This document shows, in pieces, positions 9,280 through 19,479 of a DNA stretch of 63,134 nucleotides (position 1 is its first letter; every line of letters starts with the position of its first letter). The stretch is from Blastocatellia bacterium (GTDB lineage Bacteria > Acidobacteriota > Blastocatellia > RBC074). The stretch is taken from NCBI GenBank assembly GCA_043736395.1, contig JAYTCQ010000032.1:1-63134 (forward strand). Reading direction: 5' to 3'. Under the pieces are notes generated by a model. That model did no database searches and was not told where the DNA came from. It saw only the letters and a list, made by a program, of their open reading frames with translations. Made by a program: the position numbers and the translations under genes.

Positions 9280-10989
9280 ATGAAAGAATTAACTGTGAAA
9301 TTACTATTATCATTTTTGTTCGTTGTTTTTAATTCCGCTGCTTTCGCGCAGGCTCCCGCTGCGCGCGTGACCTTTGAAGCTGTTTCGCTCAAAGATGCAG
9401 GCATCACGTGGATACACGATAATGGCCGCTCTGATGAAAGATACCTGCCTGAAACATGTGGCGGCGGTGGAATTTTTTTCGACTTCGATAATGATGGTTG
9501 GATGGATATTTATTTTGTGAATGGCGGGCCGTCAGATTTTTATAAGCCTAAAAATCCAGTGAAAAATGCGCTCTATCGCAACAATCACGACGGGACTTTT
9601 ACCGATGTCACCGACAAAGCCGGAGTCGCTGCCGGACAAATGGGACATTTTGGAATGGGCGCGGCGGCGGCAGATTTTGATGGTGATGGATGGAAAGATT
9701 TATACGTCACGAATTACGGCAAAAATATTCTGTACCGCAATAATGGCAATGGAACCTTCACGGATATTACAGAAAAATCCGCGACGGGTGCTCCGGGCTG
9801 GTCAACGTGTGCGACGTGGTTTGATTACGACAACGATCAAAAACTGGATTTGTTCGTGTCGAGTTTTGTGAATTACAGCAAAAATACGGATGTGTTTTGC
9901 GGCGATAACAAAATGGGGAAGCGCTATTATTGCATCCCGCGCATTTTCAAGCCGATGCCTGGAAAGCTGTTTCACAATAACGGCGACGGAACTTTCACCG
10001 ACGTCAGCAAGAAATCTAAAATTGCAGATTCGCTCGGCAAGGAATTTGGCGCAGTTGCCACTGACATCAATAACGACGGATGGATGGATTTATTTGTCGC
10101 GAATGACACGGTTGCGAATTTTCTTTTCCTCAACAAAAAAGACGGCACATTTGAGGAAATCGGATTGCCTGCCGGAGTTGCCTACAGTGATTCCGGTCAG
10201 CCGCGTTCCGGCATGGGCGTAGATGCGACAGACTTTGACGGAGATGGCTGGCAGGATTTATTTGTCGCTAACATTGATCAGGAATTGTTCAGCCTTTATA
10301 AAAATTCCGGTGATCCCAAAGACATTACGTTTACGGATGAAGCTGCCGGAGATATTGGGCAAGCGACGCGGCTGCTCAGCGGTTGGGGATTGAAATTTTT
10401 TGATTATGACAACGACGGTGACCCGGATTTATTTCTGGCCAACGGGCATCCTGACGATATGGTGGAATCGCAGGTTTCCAAAGTGAAATACGCTGAACCA
10501 CTGGTGCTGTTTGAAAATATCAAAGGCAAATTCAAAAATGTCAGCGCTGATTCAGGCGCAATTTTCAAACAGGATTTTCCCGCGCGTGGAATGTCGGCTG
10601 GCGATCTTGATAACGACGGAGACTTAGATTTATTAATTATTAATAATGGAGCCGCTCCGGTATTGCTAAAGAATAATGGCGGCAATAAAAATAACTGGCT
10701 CGGATTGCAACTGGTCGCCAAGCAAAGCAATCCTGAAGCCGTCGGCGCAATCATTAGCTGGACAGTCAATGGGGTGAAGCGTCAACGCTTAAAAACAAGT
10801 GGTGGCAGCTATTTGGCTTCACACGATCAACGTGAAATCTTAGGGCTTGGCGCTGCAACCAAAGTTGAAAGCCTGGAAATTAAATGGCCGAGCGGCAAGG
10901 TGGATAAATGGGCAAATTTGACACCTAATTCTTATCTTAAAGTCGTCGAGGGCGAAACTGCTCCGAAAAATGTAGCGAACGCGAAGTGA
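9280..10989 (+). CDS. CRTAC1/ASPIC-UnbV family protein with FG-GAP repeats
   Basis: Repeated [20 protein letters not shown] motifs, G..F.DVT..AG, C-terminal [16 protein letters not shown]...IKWPSG; signal peptide. Confidence 0.92.
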   Translation: MKELTVKLLLSFLFVVFNSAAFAQAPAARVTFEAVSLKDAGITWIHDNGRSDERYLPETCGGGGIFFDFDNDGWMDIYFVNGGPSDFYKPKNPVKNALYRNNHDGTFTDVTDKAGVAAGQMGHFGMGAAAADFDGDGWKDLYVTNYGKNILYRNNGNGTFTDITEKSATGAPGWSTCATWFDYDNDQKLDLFVSSFVNYSKNTDVFCGDNKMGKRYYCIPRIFKPMPGKLFHNNGDGTFTDVSKKSKIADSLGKEFGAVATDINNDGWMDLFVANDTVANFLFLNKKDGTFEEIGLPAGVAYSDSGQPRSGMGVDATDFDGDGWQDLFVANIDQELFSLYKNSGDPKDITFTDEAAGDIGQATRLLSGWGLKFFDYDNDGDPDLFLANGHPDDMVESQVSKVKYAEPLVLFENIKGKFKNVSADSGAIFKQDFPARGMSAGDLDNDGDLDLLIINNGAAPVLLKNNGGNKNNWLGLQLVAKQSNPEAVGAIISWTVNGVKRQRLKTSGGSYLASHDQREILGLGAATKVESLEIKWPSGKVDKWANLTPNSYLKVVEGETAPKNVANAK

Positions 10990-11188
10990 GAATGTTATCG
11001 TGACACTTCTCTGACGGTAGTTTCTAATATGTTAGTTCCCCGAAAATAGTGCTTTCCGCTTGCGATACGCTGTCTGAACCGTTAGAATGCCCGTCTTTTT
11101 ACGCCCCTGCTGACCCCATAATTGCTTCCCCGGAAGTACGGTTGAGAGATTCAGCCAACACATCATTATATCTTGGAGTTATCTGATT

Positions 11189-13195
11189 ATGCTTCGAATG
11201 TTTTCAAAATTTCAGCGTTCAGGAAAAGCAGTCCTGTTGATTTTCAGCGCCGTATTATTACTTGGTTTGGTGCTTTTTTATGGCGCGCCTAATACTAACC
11301 TCACACCTGGAATGGGCGGCGCGACAGCTGAAGACAAAGCTGTGATTGCCAAAGTCGGCAATAAAGAAATCACGCTCAAGGAATTCCGCAATCAGTTAGC
11401 GGCCATGATGCAGATGTATTCGCGTGGTGGGGGAATAGACCCACGTCTCGTCAAAAGCATGAAGCTCGATCAACAGATTCTGGATCGTCTGGTCGAAGAT
11501 CGGATCGTTCAGAACGAAGCTGAAAGACTTGGCTTTACGGGAACCAATCAGGAAATCAGCGACGCGGTTACTAAAGCTTTCACTGATCCTGATACAGGTC
11601 AGTTTGTTGGCAAGGAAGAATACATTCGCTCACTACGTCTGCGCGGAGAGAATACCGAAGAATACGAAGAAAATATTCGCCACAGTTTCGCAGCGTCAAA
11701 AATGAGGACATTTCTGACCGCTGGCGCTCAGGCTTCCGATAAAGAAATTGAAGAAGCTTACAAGGCGGAAAATACCAAGATCGAAGTTGCCTACGTGACC
11801 ATCGAGAAAGACAAAATTAAAGATATTCCGAAGCCGACCGAAGCTGAATTACAAGCCTATTTCGACGGTCACAAGGAAGAATTCAAGGCTACGGATTCGG
11901 TTCGTAAGGTTGAATATTTATTCATCCCAACTGACAAAGTCAGCGTGGCTGTGACCGATGAATTGCTGAAAGCTGAATACGAAAAAAATAAGCAACAGGA
12001 ACCTCGCGTCAGTATCATCAAGTTGAATGTTCCTTCTCCTTCAGCGGAAGATGAAGCCGCTGTCCGCGCGAAAATTAATGAATTAAACAATCGCGTCCGT
12101 GATAAAGAAAACCAGAAAGGTGAAGATTTCGCCGCAGTTGCCAGAGGTAATTCACAAGACCCTTCAAAAGCGAATGGCGGAGACATCGGGTATATCAAGA
12201 AAGACGCGAACAAGAAAAGCGATTGGCGTCAACGCGCTATTGGTCAGGGAGTTGGCACGGTTGATGGGCCGTTTCGTGATGGCAACAGCTGGTACATCAT
12301 GAAAATCACAGAAATGCGAGACATTCCATTTGCCGAAATGAAACCGACTCTTGTAGCGGGTGCAAAAAATCGTGGTGCCTACGCCAAGGCGAATGAAATC
12401 GCCAACCGTGGCTATGAACTCTTCACAGAAAACAAAGACCTTCGTAAAACGGCTGAGACGATTGCCGCTGAAATGAAAGTCAAACCTGAAGACTTAATCC
12501 GCGAAACGCCGTACTTCAAAAAGGGTGATACGTTACCGGACATCGGCAGCAATCCAACTTTTGAAGATCACGTCAAAGACCTGAAAAAAGGTGACATTGC
12601 CGATAAAATCGGGATTCCGAATGGCTTTGCGATTCCACGTTTGACAGATGTGATTGATGGCAATGGCGCTCAATTAAATTTTGAGCAAGCCAAAAACCAA
12701 ATCGTCACGAAATTAACGCGTGAAAAAGAAGCGAACGCGGCTCAGCAAAAAGCGGCTGAAATCGTTAACGCGGCAAAAAACGCCGATGAATTCAAGGCTT
12801 TAGCCACCAAAGCCGGGTTTGAAGTCAAAACCGATGTTAATAATTTATCGAGCTTGCCTTTTCCAAATCTTCAGACCAATCAACAGGTCAAGACGGCAGT
12901 CCTGGCATTAAAGCAGGGAGACGTTTCCAAGGCTCCAATTAAAACCGGAGCAGGAACCTATCTTATCTTTGCGGCTACCAAACGGACTGATCCTGATATG
13001 GGAAAATTGGCTGAGCAGAAAACAACTGTTAAGCAACGGCTAGTTTCAGATAAAGCTTCGATGATGTATGACTCATACATCAAAGACACACGCAAAAAAT
13101 ATGAAACAAGCGGAAAGATTTCGATTGATAAGGCGAAAATTGATGCATACATCAATGGCCTCAGTGCTACGCAACAATCGCAAGCATCAAATTAA
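11189..13195 (+). CDS. PpiD/SurA-like membrane-anchored peptidyl-prolyl isomerase/chaperone
   Basis: N-terminal TM anchor, IAKVGNKEIT SurA-N domain, DFAAVARGNSQDPSKANGGDIGYI parvulin motif. Confidence 0.88.
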   Translation: MLRMFSKFQRSGKAVLLIFSAVLLLGLVLFYGAPNTNLTPGMGGATAEDKAVIAKVGNKEITLKEFRNQLAAMMQMYSRGGGIDPRLVKSMKLDQQILDRLVEDRIVQNEAERLGFTGTNQEISDAVTKAFTDPDTGQFVGKEEYIRSLRLRGENTEEYEENIRHSFAASKMRTFLTAGAQASDKEIEEAYKAENTKIEVAYVTIEKDKIKDIPKPTEAELQAYFDGHKEEFKATDSVRKVEYLFIPTDKVSVAVTDELLKAEYEKNKQQEPRVSIIKLNVPSPSAEDEAAVRAKINELNNRVRDKENQKGEDFAAVARGNSQDPSKANGGDIGYIKKDANKKSDWRQRAIGQGVGTVDGPFRDGNSWYIMKITEMRDIPFAEMKPTLVAGAKNRGAYAKANEIANRGYELFTENKDLRKTAETIAAEMKVKPEDLIRETPYFKKGDTLPDIGSNPTFEDHVKDLKKGDIADKIGIPNGFAIPRLTDVIDGNGAQLNFEQAKNQIVTKLTREKEANAAQQKAAEIVNAAKNADEFKALATKAGFEVKTDVNNLSSLPFPNLQTNQQVKTAVLALKQGDVSKAPIKTGAGTYLIFAATKRTDPDMGKLAEQKTTVKQRLVSDKASMMYDSYIKDTRKKYETSGKISIDKAKIDAYINGLSATQQSQASN

Positions 13196-13217
13196 TTAAT
13201 TTCTATTTTGAAAGATC

Positions 13218-13255
13218 AAAGCCGGATGAATTTTTATGATTCATCCGGCTTTTTT
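13218..13255 (+). terminator. Intrinsic terminator after ppiD-like gene
   Basis: AAAGCCGGATGAAT / ATTCATCCGGCTTT hairpin followed by a T run. Confidence 0.75.
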
Positions 13256-13506
13256 ATAAAAAATTCCTCAGCCAGACGAAGTTCCCAGCCTATTAATTGT
13301 GAAAAAATGTTTTTCAATGAATCCGATAAAACTCCATTTGTCGTATACAGTTTGGAAAAGCAAATAAGTTTGATTTCTCAATCATTCAAAGCCCCGGATT
13401 AAGGCCGACACAAACACTGATGTTGAAGGCCTAAATAAATTTGGAAGTAAAAAAAGGTAAACGGTCGCAGTCTAAAAAATGACTGGTCAGGGGAGGTCTG
13501 TCTCTT

Positions 13507-16005
13507 ATGAACTCACATCAAAAAAGAACGAAAGAAATATTATCTTCATTTAGGGCGAGCTGGTTAATCATCATGATAGCCATCCTAATCACGATTCCAG
13601 TTGCAGCCCAAACCGCCCAAGTCGAGGGCCTGGCCTGGGCGCTCACAGCAAGCAATAAATTAATCAGCTTCAGCACTTTGGCACCGGGAACAATTAACAG
13701 AACGCTAACTGTCACCGGACTTCAATCCGGTGAGACAATACAGGGAATTGATTTTCGTCCCAGAACTGCGCAGCTAATTGCGGTCGGTTCGACCAGTCGG
13801 GTTTATAGTATTAATACTACCACCGGAGCCGCTACACAGATTGGCTCCGCAGTCTTTACCCCAGCATTGAGCGGAACTAAGTTCGGGGTAGATTTTAATC
13901 CTGTCCCGGATCGCATTCGCCTTGTCAGTGAAGCCGATCAAAATCTTCGCTTAAATCCTGACACTGGAGGAATAGCTGGAACAGATACGACACTTATCTA
14001 CGCCACTGGTGATGCAAATGTGGCAGCGAATCCTAATGTTGTCGGCGTTGGATATACAAATAATGTTTCCGGTGCGACGACGACTACGTTATTTGGGATT
14101 GATTCAAATCTGGATATTCTGGTTCGACAGGGATCAGTTGGAGGCGCGCCGACTTCGCCAAATACGGGGCAGCTCTTTACGATTGGAACTTTGGGATTTA
14201 ATACCACAGACCAAGTTGGCTTCGACATTGCTGATTTCAATGATGCGGCCTTTGCTTCATTAACAACATCGGGCGCGACGCAGTCACAGTTATATTCGAT
14301 AAATCTGACGAGTGGCGCGGCGACATTAATTGGGACAATTGGCGTTTCAGAAATTATTCGTGATCTTGCGATTGCGCCAACATTTACAACTTCGGCTCCG
14401 CAATCTTCTGTGATAGTGGTGAACGCCGCCAGCTACGCAGCTGATGTCGTTGCGGCGGATTCAATTGCCGCAGCATTTGGAATGTTTCAAACCCAGGATG
14501 GTCAACCCGCCACAACCACTTCGCTTCCGCTTCCGACGACCTTGAACGGCGTGAAGATCAATATTAACGGGCTTGACGCACCGCTTTTCTATGTCAGTAA
14601 TTCACAAATTAATTTTCTGGTTCCACCTCTGACAGCTCTTGGTGTCGCGACAGTTATCGTTACAAACGCGAACGGAACAACCAGAACCGGAACCGTCAAC
14701 ATCATGGCAGCGGCTCCCGGATTGTTTTCACGAACTGCGGATGGACGCGGAACAGCAGTGGCTTTGACGACGAATAACGGAATTAATTATCCAAGCATTG
14801 CGAACCCAGATGGCAGCGAACGTCAGGTTTCTCCGGGAACAGCCGCGCAACCGAATTATCTAATTCTTTACGGAACTGGCATTAAGCGCGCGCAGGCAGC
14901 GAATCCGAATGATGCCAATGGCGTAGCGGAAGCCGTCCAAGTGCTTTTTCAAGGTGTTCCAGGCACGGTGACGTATGCCGGACTGGCACCGAGCTTCTTT
15001 GGATTAGATCAGGTCAACGTAATTATTCCGCCGGAAATTTCCGGACTCGGAAAAATCAATGTGCAATTGCTGGTGAATGGAAAAATCAGTAACACGGTGA
15101 CTTTCACAGTAGGCGGAACACCACCTCAGGTGAGAGCGCAACCGTTAATTCCGGGGCAAGTGACGAGCGGTCAGTTAACGACCGATGATCAAATTACTTC
15201 TTCAGGAGATGGCAGCGGCAGGACTCAGTTTTTTGATGCTTACAGCTTCACTGCCAATGCTGGCACCGGCATTGCCCTGGATGTCAGAGCCGATCTTTTT
15301 GATGCTTCAGTTTTGCTCTACAAAAAAGAAACTGACGGATCAATGACCTTGCTCGCGGCAGACGATAATTTAGGTGGTTTGGGCGCTGGCAACCTCGATA
15401 ACACAAATGCGTTGTTACTGACGGTTTTACCCAGTGGTGGTGATTACGTAGTTTTTGTGACCAGCGCAGATGATGATCCGAATGCAGTTGGCGCTTACAC
15501 TTTGCGTCTCACCGGAAATGCGATTCAGCCGATCAGCTACGGCGCAAATCTTACCTCGGCAAGTATTTCCTCAACTGATTTACGCACTTCTGCCGGAACA
15601 TACTTTGATGCTTATTGGTTCGCCGGAGTGAAAGGCGATAACGTCCGAATAAAAATGGCTTCGACCAGTTTTGATTCATTTTTATTAATGAACACAAACA
15701 GCGGAGAAACGCTTTTCAGTGATGACAACAGCGGTGGTGGAAATGACGCGCAGATCAGTCAACCATTACCGGAAACCGGGATTTATGTGGTGATTGCGAC
15801 GCCTTATGAAGTCAATCAAACAGGCAATTATTCGTTAATGCTGAATCGAATTGCACCGGCTTTGGCTCAGACGGAAGCAATCAAACCGGATTCGATTTTG
15901 ACTCGTCACCGAACAGTTGGCAGCGTTGGCTTAGAAGCTGTCCGCAATCAAGCAAATTCACAATTTGAACGCTTCGCTTTACGACGCGTCATCGAACGCC
16001 ACTAA
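13507..16005 (+). CDS. Secreted multidomain protein: DUF4394 + acidobacterial IPT/TIG-like (TIGR03437-like) domain + PPC-like domains
   Basis: GIDFRPRTAQL, FGVDFNPVPDRIRLVS..QNLRLNPDTG (DUF4394-like); VNAASY...APLFYVSNSQINFLVP...AAAPGLFS...LILYGTG...GLDQVNV; two DDN/DAYWF PPC-like repeats. Confidence 0.8.
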   Translation: MNSHQKRTKEILSSFRASWLIIMIAILITIPVAAQTAQVEGLAWALTASNKLISFSTLAPGTINRTLTVTGLQSGETIQGIDFRPRTAQLIAVGSTSRVYSINTTTGAATQIGSAVFTPALSGTKFGVDFNPVPDRIRLVSEADQNLRLNPDTGGIAGTDTTLIYATGDANVAANPNVVGVGYTNNVSGATTTTLFGIDSNLDILVRQGSVGGAPTSPNTGQLFTIGTLGFNTTDQVGFDIADFNDAAFASLTTSGATQSQLYSINLTSGAATLIGTIGVSEIIRDLAIAPTFTTSAPQSSVIVVNAASYAADVVAADSIAAAFGMFQTQDGQPATTTSLPLPTTLNGVKININGLDAPLFYVSNSQINFLVPPLTALGVATVIVTNANGTTRTGTVNIMAAAPGLFSRTADGRGTAVALTTNNGINYPSIANPDGSERQVSPGTAAQPNYLILYGTGIKRAQAANPNDANGVAEAVQVLFQGVPGTVTYAGLAPSFFGLDQVNVIIPPEISGLGKINVQLLVNGKISNTVTFTVGGTPPQVRAQPLIPGQVTSGQLTTDDQITSSGDGSGRTQFFDAYSFTANAGTGIALDVRADLFDASVLLYKKETDGSMTLLAADDNLGGLGAGNLDNTNALLLTVLPSGGDYVVFVTSADDDPNAVGAYTLRLTGNAIQPISYGANLTSASISSTDLRTSAGTYFDAYWFAGVKGDNVRIKMASTSFDSFLLMNTNSGETLFSDDNSGGGNDAQISQPLPETGIYVVIATPYEVNQTGNYSLMLNRIAPALAQTEAIKPDSILTRHRTVGSVGLEAVRNQANSQFERFALRRVIERH

Positions 16006-16007
16006 TT

Positions 16008-16049
16008 AAAAAAAGGACTGTCAACAAGTCTGCTGATAGTCCTTTTTTT
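16008..16049 (+). terminator. Hairpin terminator/attenuator between DUF4394 and DUF4331 genes
   Basis: AAAAAAAGGACTGTCA ... TGATAGTCCTTTTTTT. Confidence 0.65.
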
Positions 16050-16097
16050 AATGGCAGGAAATTTTTCAAAGATAAATTTTAGAGAGGAATTAAAAGT

Positions 16098-17600
16098 ATG
16101 AACAAATTATTTTGCCACCTGAAATACAGTTTGGGCTTGGGCCTGATGGCGGCTTTGCTGATTGCGCCGGGCGCCAGTATCGCTTCCAGCCACATGGACG
16201 CGCCTTTGATTACACGCGATCCGTCTGCCAATACTACGGATGTCTATGCGTTTGTGACAAACAAAGGCGGAGCTAAATATTTAAGCGTCGCGCTGGGAAT
16301 TTATCCGCATGAATTTCCCGGCGTCGGGCCGAATAAATACAATTTTGATGACACGGTTCGCTACGAAATTCATGTCTCAACCGGAGCTGATGTTGCGGCG
16401 GGGCGTCCGACGTATACATATCGTTTTGAGTTCAGAACGAAATTCAAAAATCAGGACACAATTCTGCAATCCTATCTCGGAGTCGTGGCCGCGAATGACG
16501 ATGCGAATCAAAACTTAACGCAGATGTACACCGTTACCAGAGTTGATAATCGAACCGGATTTCAGACTTCACTGGGGACTGGCATTGTTCCCCCGAATAA
16601 TCAGGGCATCGCGACACCGTATTACAACGAAGGCGATAGCGGCGAAGCTCTGGCGCGAAAAGGCGTGGCGACTGAAGCAGAATTAGATCGCTATACAAAA
16701 AATGCGATTGCAACTTTACGCAATGGATACAGCGCATTCGCAGGCCAGCGTGATGATGGATTTTACGCGGACATTCAATCCATTTTTGATTTGCTCAGCC
16801 TGCGTAATCCGGGCAAGGATTCACAAGGTGGATTTAATATTCATCTGATGGCTTTGCAGATTCCGGTCAGTGAGCTGGGCGGAGACATGCAATCCGTCGG
16901 TGTGTATGCCACGACCAGCCGTCAGGTTGTCTCGGTGGCAGCAACGCCGGACGCCGGTGGACGTGGACTGACAACTCGTCGTGCCGCGCAGTACACGCAG
17001 GTCGCGCGTCAGGGAAACCCACTTTTTAATGAAGGTTTAGTGGCTCTCGTGGATAAAGATACATACAGCCGTACCAGTCCGGCCAGTGACAATCAGCTTT
17101 TCCGTAAGTATGCGACAAATCCTGAACTGGCAAAATTAATCAACCTGATTATTGGCAAAGGCGCGACGCTCGCGATTGAAACCAATCGGACTGACATCGC
17201 CGGGATTTTTATTCCTGATGTCATCAAAGTAGACCTTTCGACAGACGCCGTACCGCTGGCTGGTAATGGTGCTGCTGATGCTAAAAATCCTGACGGCACC
17301 GGGTTTTCACGGTTGAGTATTTTTGGCGGCGATGTAATCAAAAGTAAGATTCAGGACCCGTTCAAAAATGGCGGTTCAATTCCGAGTGGCTGGCCGAACG
17401 GACGCCGCTTTGGTGATGACGTCGTTGACATTGCCATCATTGCTTTGTTGTCTGATTTGCGTGATCCCAATAACCTGAAAATCAACGATCCATTTAAAGG
17501 AAATTATGACGGCGTGACGAGTAACGAGATGGGCTACAACAAAGTCTTCCCGTATGAATCTACGCCGCAGAATGGACGTAATAATAGTTTTCCGAAGTAG
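16098..17600 (+). CDS. DUF4331 family protein
   Basis: ASSHMDAPLI..DPSANTTDVYAF, FAGQRDDGFYADI, QVARQGNPLFNE, GWPNGRRFGDDVVDI, FPY motifs. Confidence 0.9.
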   Translation: MNKLFCHLKYSLGLGLMAALLIAPGASIASSHMDAPLITRDPSANTTDVYAFVTNKGGAKYLSVALGIYPHEFPGVGPNKYNFDDTVRYEIHVSTGADVAAGRPTYTYRFEFRTKFKNQDTILQSYLGVVAANDDANQNLTQMYTVTRVDNRTGFQTSLGTGIVPPNNQGIATPYYNEGDSGEALARKGVATEAELDRYTKNAIATLRNGYSAFAGQRDDGFYADIQSIFDLLSLRNPGKDSQGGFNIHLMALQIPVSELGGDMQSVGVYATTSRQVVSVAATPDAGGRGLTTRRAAQYTQVARQGNPLFNEGLVALVDKDTYSRTSPASDNQLFRKYATNPELAKLINLIIGKGATLAIETNRTDIAGIFIPDVIKVDLSTDAVPLAGNGAADAKNPDGTGFSRLSIFGGDVIKSKIQDPFKNGGSIPSGWPNGRRFGDDVVDIAIIALLSDLRDPNNLKINDPFKGNYDGVTSNEMGYNKVFPYESTPQNGRNNSFPK

Positions 17601-17624
17601 GTAGCTTTCTTTGCACTGGGCATT

Positions 17625-17738
17625 CCAGCGTTGTGAACGATAGCGAATACAGTGGGGTTGTTAGAAGAAGCCTTAAGGGGAGGCACACGACTAACATTCA
17701 ATTTAGCTGAGCAGATTCGCTATCGTTCACAACGCTGG
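17625..17738. repeat. Long inverted repeat
   Basis: CCAGCGTTGTGAACGATAGCGAAT (17625-17648) pairs perfectly with ATTCGCTATCGTTCACAACGCTGG (17715-17738). Confidence 0.85.
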
Positions 17739-17742
17739 GATT

Positions 17743-17820
17743 AGATGCAGAAGCCCACACGTAGTAAGGGCGTCTTCACATTAGAAGTCGCGCTCTTACT
17801 ACGTGCGGGCTTCTGCATCT
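17743..17820. repeat. TGCAGAAGCCC palindromic repeat, copy 2
   Basis: AGATGCAGAAGCCCACACGTAGTAAGGGCG ... CGCTCTTACTACGTGCGGGCTTCTGCATCT. Confidence 0.85.
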
Positions 17821-17904
17821 GCGTAATAGAAAAGTAAACTTTGACGACAGCGGCTTTGCATTGCGGGAACTGTTCATTAAGATGGCTGATTAAATTATTC
17901 ATCT

Positions 17905-18687
17905 GTGAACCAATCTATGACCTCAGCGCAAGCAGCTTTAATTTTCTCAGCAGGGATTGTCGCCGGAGCTATGAATGCCGTGGCCGGAGGCGGTACCATG
18001 GTGACGTTTCCAGCTTTGATCTTCATTGGACTCAAAGAAATTCCAGCGAACGCGACCAATACTGTTGCGCTAGTACCGGGAGCCTTAGCCAGCGTGTGGG
18101 GGTATCGAAGGGAATTGCGTGACTCCGATCCGCGTCATTATTGGTTATTAGTACCAAGTTTTTTTGGCGGCTTGTTGGGCGGAATTTTGCTTAGCCTGAC
18201 ACCGGCTCCAATCTTCAGAGTGATCGTTCCATTCCTGATTTTATTTGCGACCATTTTGTTCATGGCGCAGGCTCCGATCCAGAAAAGATTGCAAGCCAGA
18301 AAGCAAAAGAATGGTGAGCCGGAAGTCACCAGAGATTGGTTATTCGTTGCGGCGTTAGTACAATTTGTGACGGGCGTTTATGGCGGATACTTCGGAGCCG
18401 GAATGGGAATCATGATGCTGGCGACCCTGAGTTTGCTGGGCTTTGCGAACATCCATCAAATGAACGGATTGAAAAATGTGTTAGGGATGACCATTAATTT
18501 AGTCGCTGCCTTATATTTTATGTGGGCCGGTTTAGTCCATTGGAATGAGGCTTTAGTGATGATGGTTGGCGCAATTATTGGCGGATATTACGGGGCTGGA
18601 CTTGCCCGAAAACTCGGCGCAAAATTTGTGCGGTGGACGGTGATTGTGATTGGCGTTGGCGTTGCGCTTTCGTTATTGTTACGATAA
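17905..18687 (+). CDS. Sulfite exporter TauE/SafE family membrane protein
   Basis: AGAMNAVAGGG..VTFPAL, ANATN, GVYGGYFGAGMG, NGLKN motifs; about 8 TM segments. Confidence 0.9.
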   Translation: MNQSMTSAQAALIFSAGIVAGAMNAVAGGGTMVTFPALIFIGLKEIPANATNTVALVPGALASVWGYRRELRDSDPRHYWLLVPSFFGGLLGGILLSLTPAPIFRVIVPFLILFATILFMAQAPIQKRLQARKQKNGEPEVTRDWLFVAALVQFVTGVYGGYFGAGMGIMMLATLSLLGFANIHQMNGLKNVLGMTINLVAALYFMWAGLVHWNEALVMMVGAIIGGYYGAGLARKLGAKFVRWTVIVIGVGVALSLLLR

Positions 18688-18708
18688 ATAATGTTACGAA
18701 AGTTCTAA

Positions 18709-18781
18709 TGCAGAAGCCCGCACGCGAGTCGAGGGCACCTCTATGAATCAAGAACGCCCTTACTGCGTGCGGGCTTCTGCA
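18709..18781. repeat. TGCAGAAGCCC palindromic repeat, copy 3
   Basis: TGCAGAAGCCCGCACGC ... CCTTACTGCGTGCGGGCTTCTGCA. Confidence 0.85.
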
Positions 18782-18796
18782 AGATAAGGAGAAACA

Positions 18797-19405
18797 ATGA
18801 AACATCGAATAAACGCACTTCGCTATTTCGTGAGCGCGATGGCAATTTCAATTGCTTGTTCAATGGTTGGCTTGGCACAAACTGCCGCGCCTGCCAAAAA
18901 AGAAATGCCTGCGGCGGCGGCAGCGAAACCCGCTGAAGATTGGAAATCCAATTGGGTCACAGAGTGGACACGTGCCAAAGATTACACCAAAGAATATCTT
19001 GATGTGATGCCGGAAGACGGCTTAGGCTTCAAGCCAACGCCTGACATTCGCAGCTTTGCCGAACAAATGCTGCATCTCGCCAGCGCGAATTTCGGCTTCG
19101 CGTCACAGGGGATTGGCACAAAAAATCCCTACGAAGGAAAAAATCTCGAAAAGATGGATGAGTACAAAACCAGCAAAGCGGCTCTGACAAAAGTCGTGAT
19201 GGAAAGCTATGATTTCATGATTGATAGCATCAAAGGGATGGACACTTCGAAATCAAATGAAGCCATCAAATTGTTTGGCAGAATGGACAGCACGCGTGGC
19301 GTTGCCGTTGCCAAATGCTTCGAACATCAAACCCATCATCGCGGACAGACTACGATTTACATTCGCCTCAAAGGTGTGAAGCCACCGAATGAAAAGCTGT
19401 TTTAA
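18797..19405 (+). CDS. DinB family protein with signal peptide
   Basis: FKPTPDIRSFAEQMLHLA and FEHQTHHRGQTTIYIRLKGVKPP metal-binding His motifs. Confidence 0.9.
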   Translation: MKHRINALRYFVSAMAISIACSMVGLAQTAAPAKKEMPAAAAAKPAEDWKSNWVTEWTRAKDYTKEYLDVMPEDGLGFKPTPDIRSFAEQMLHLASANFGFASQGIGTKNPYEGKNLEKMDEYKTSKAALTKVVMESYDFMIDSIKGMDTSKSNEAIKLFGRMDSTRGVAVAKCFEHQTHHRGQTTIYIRLKGVKPPNEKLF

Positions 19406-19410
19406 TAATC

Positions 19411-19472
19411 AGGGAGCAGGGAACAGGGGCAAGGGAAAATTTCTTATCCCTGTTTCCTTATCCCTGCTCCCT
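19411..19472. repeat. Heptamer-unit inverted repeat (AGGGAGC/AGGGAAC)
   Basis: AGGGAGC AGGGAAC AGGGGCA AGGGA ... TCCCTGTTTCCTTATCCCTGCTCCCT. Confidence 0.65.
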
Positions 19473-19479
19473 TTTTTCC

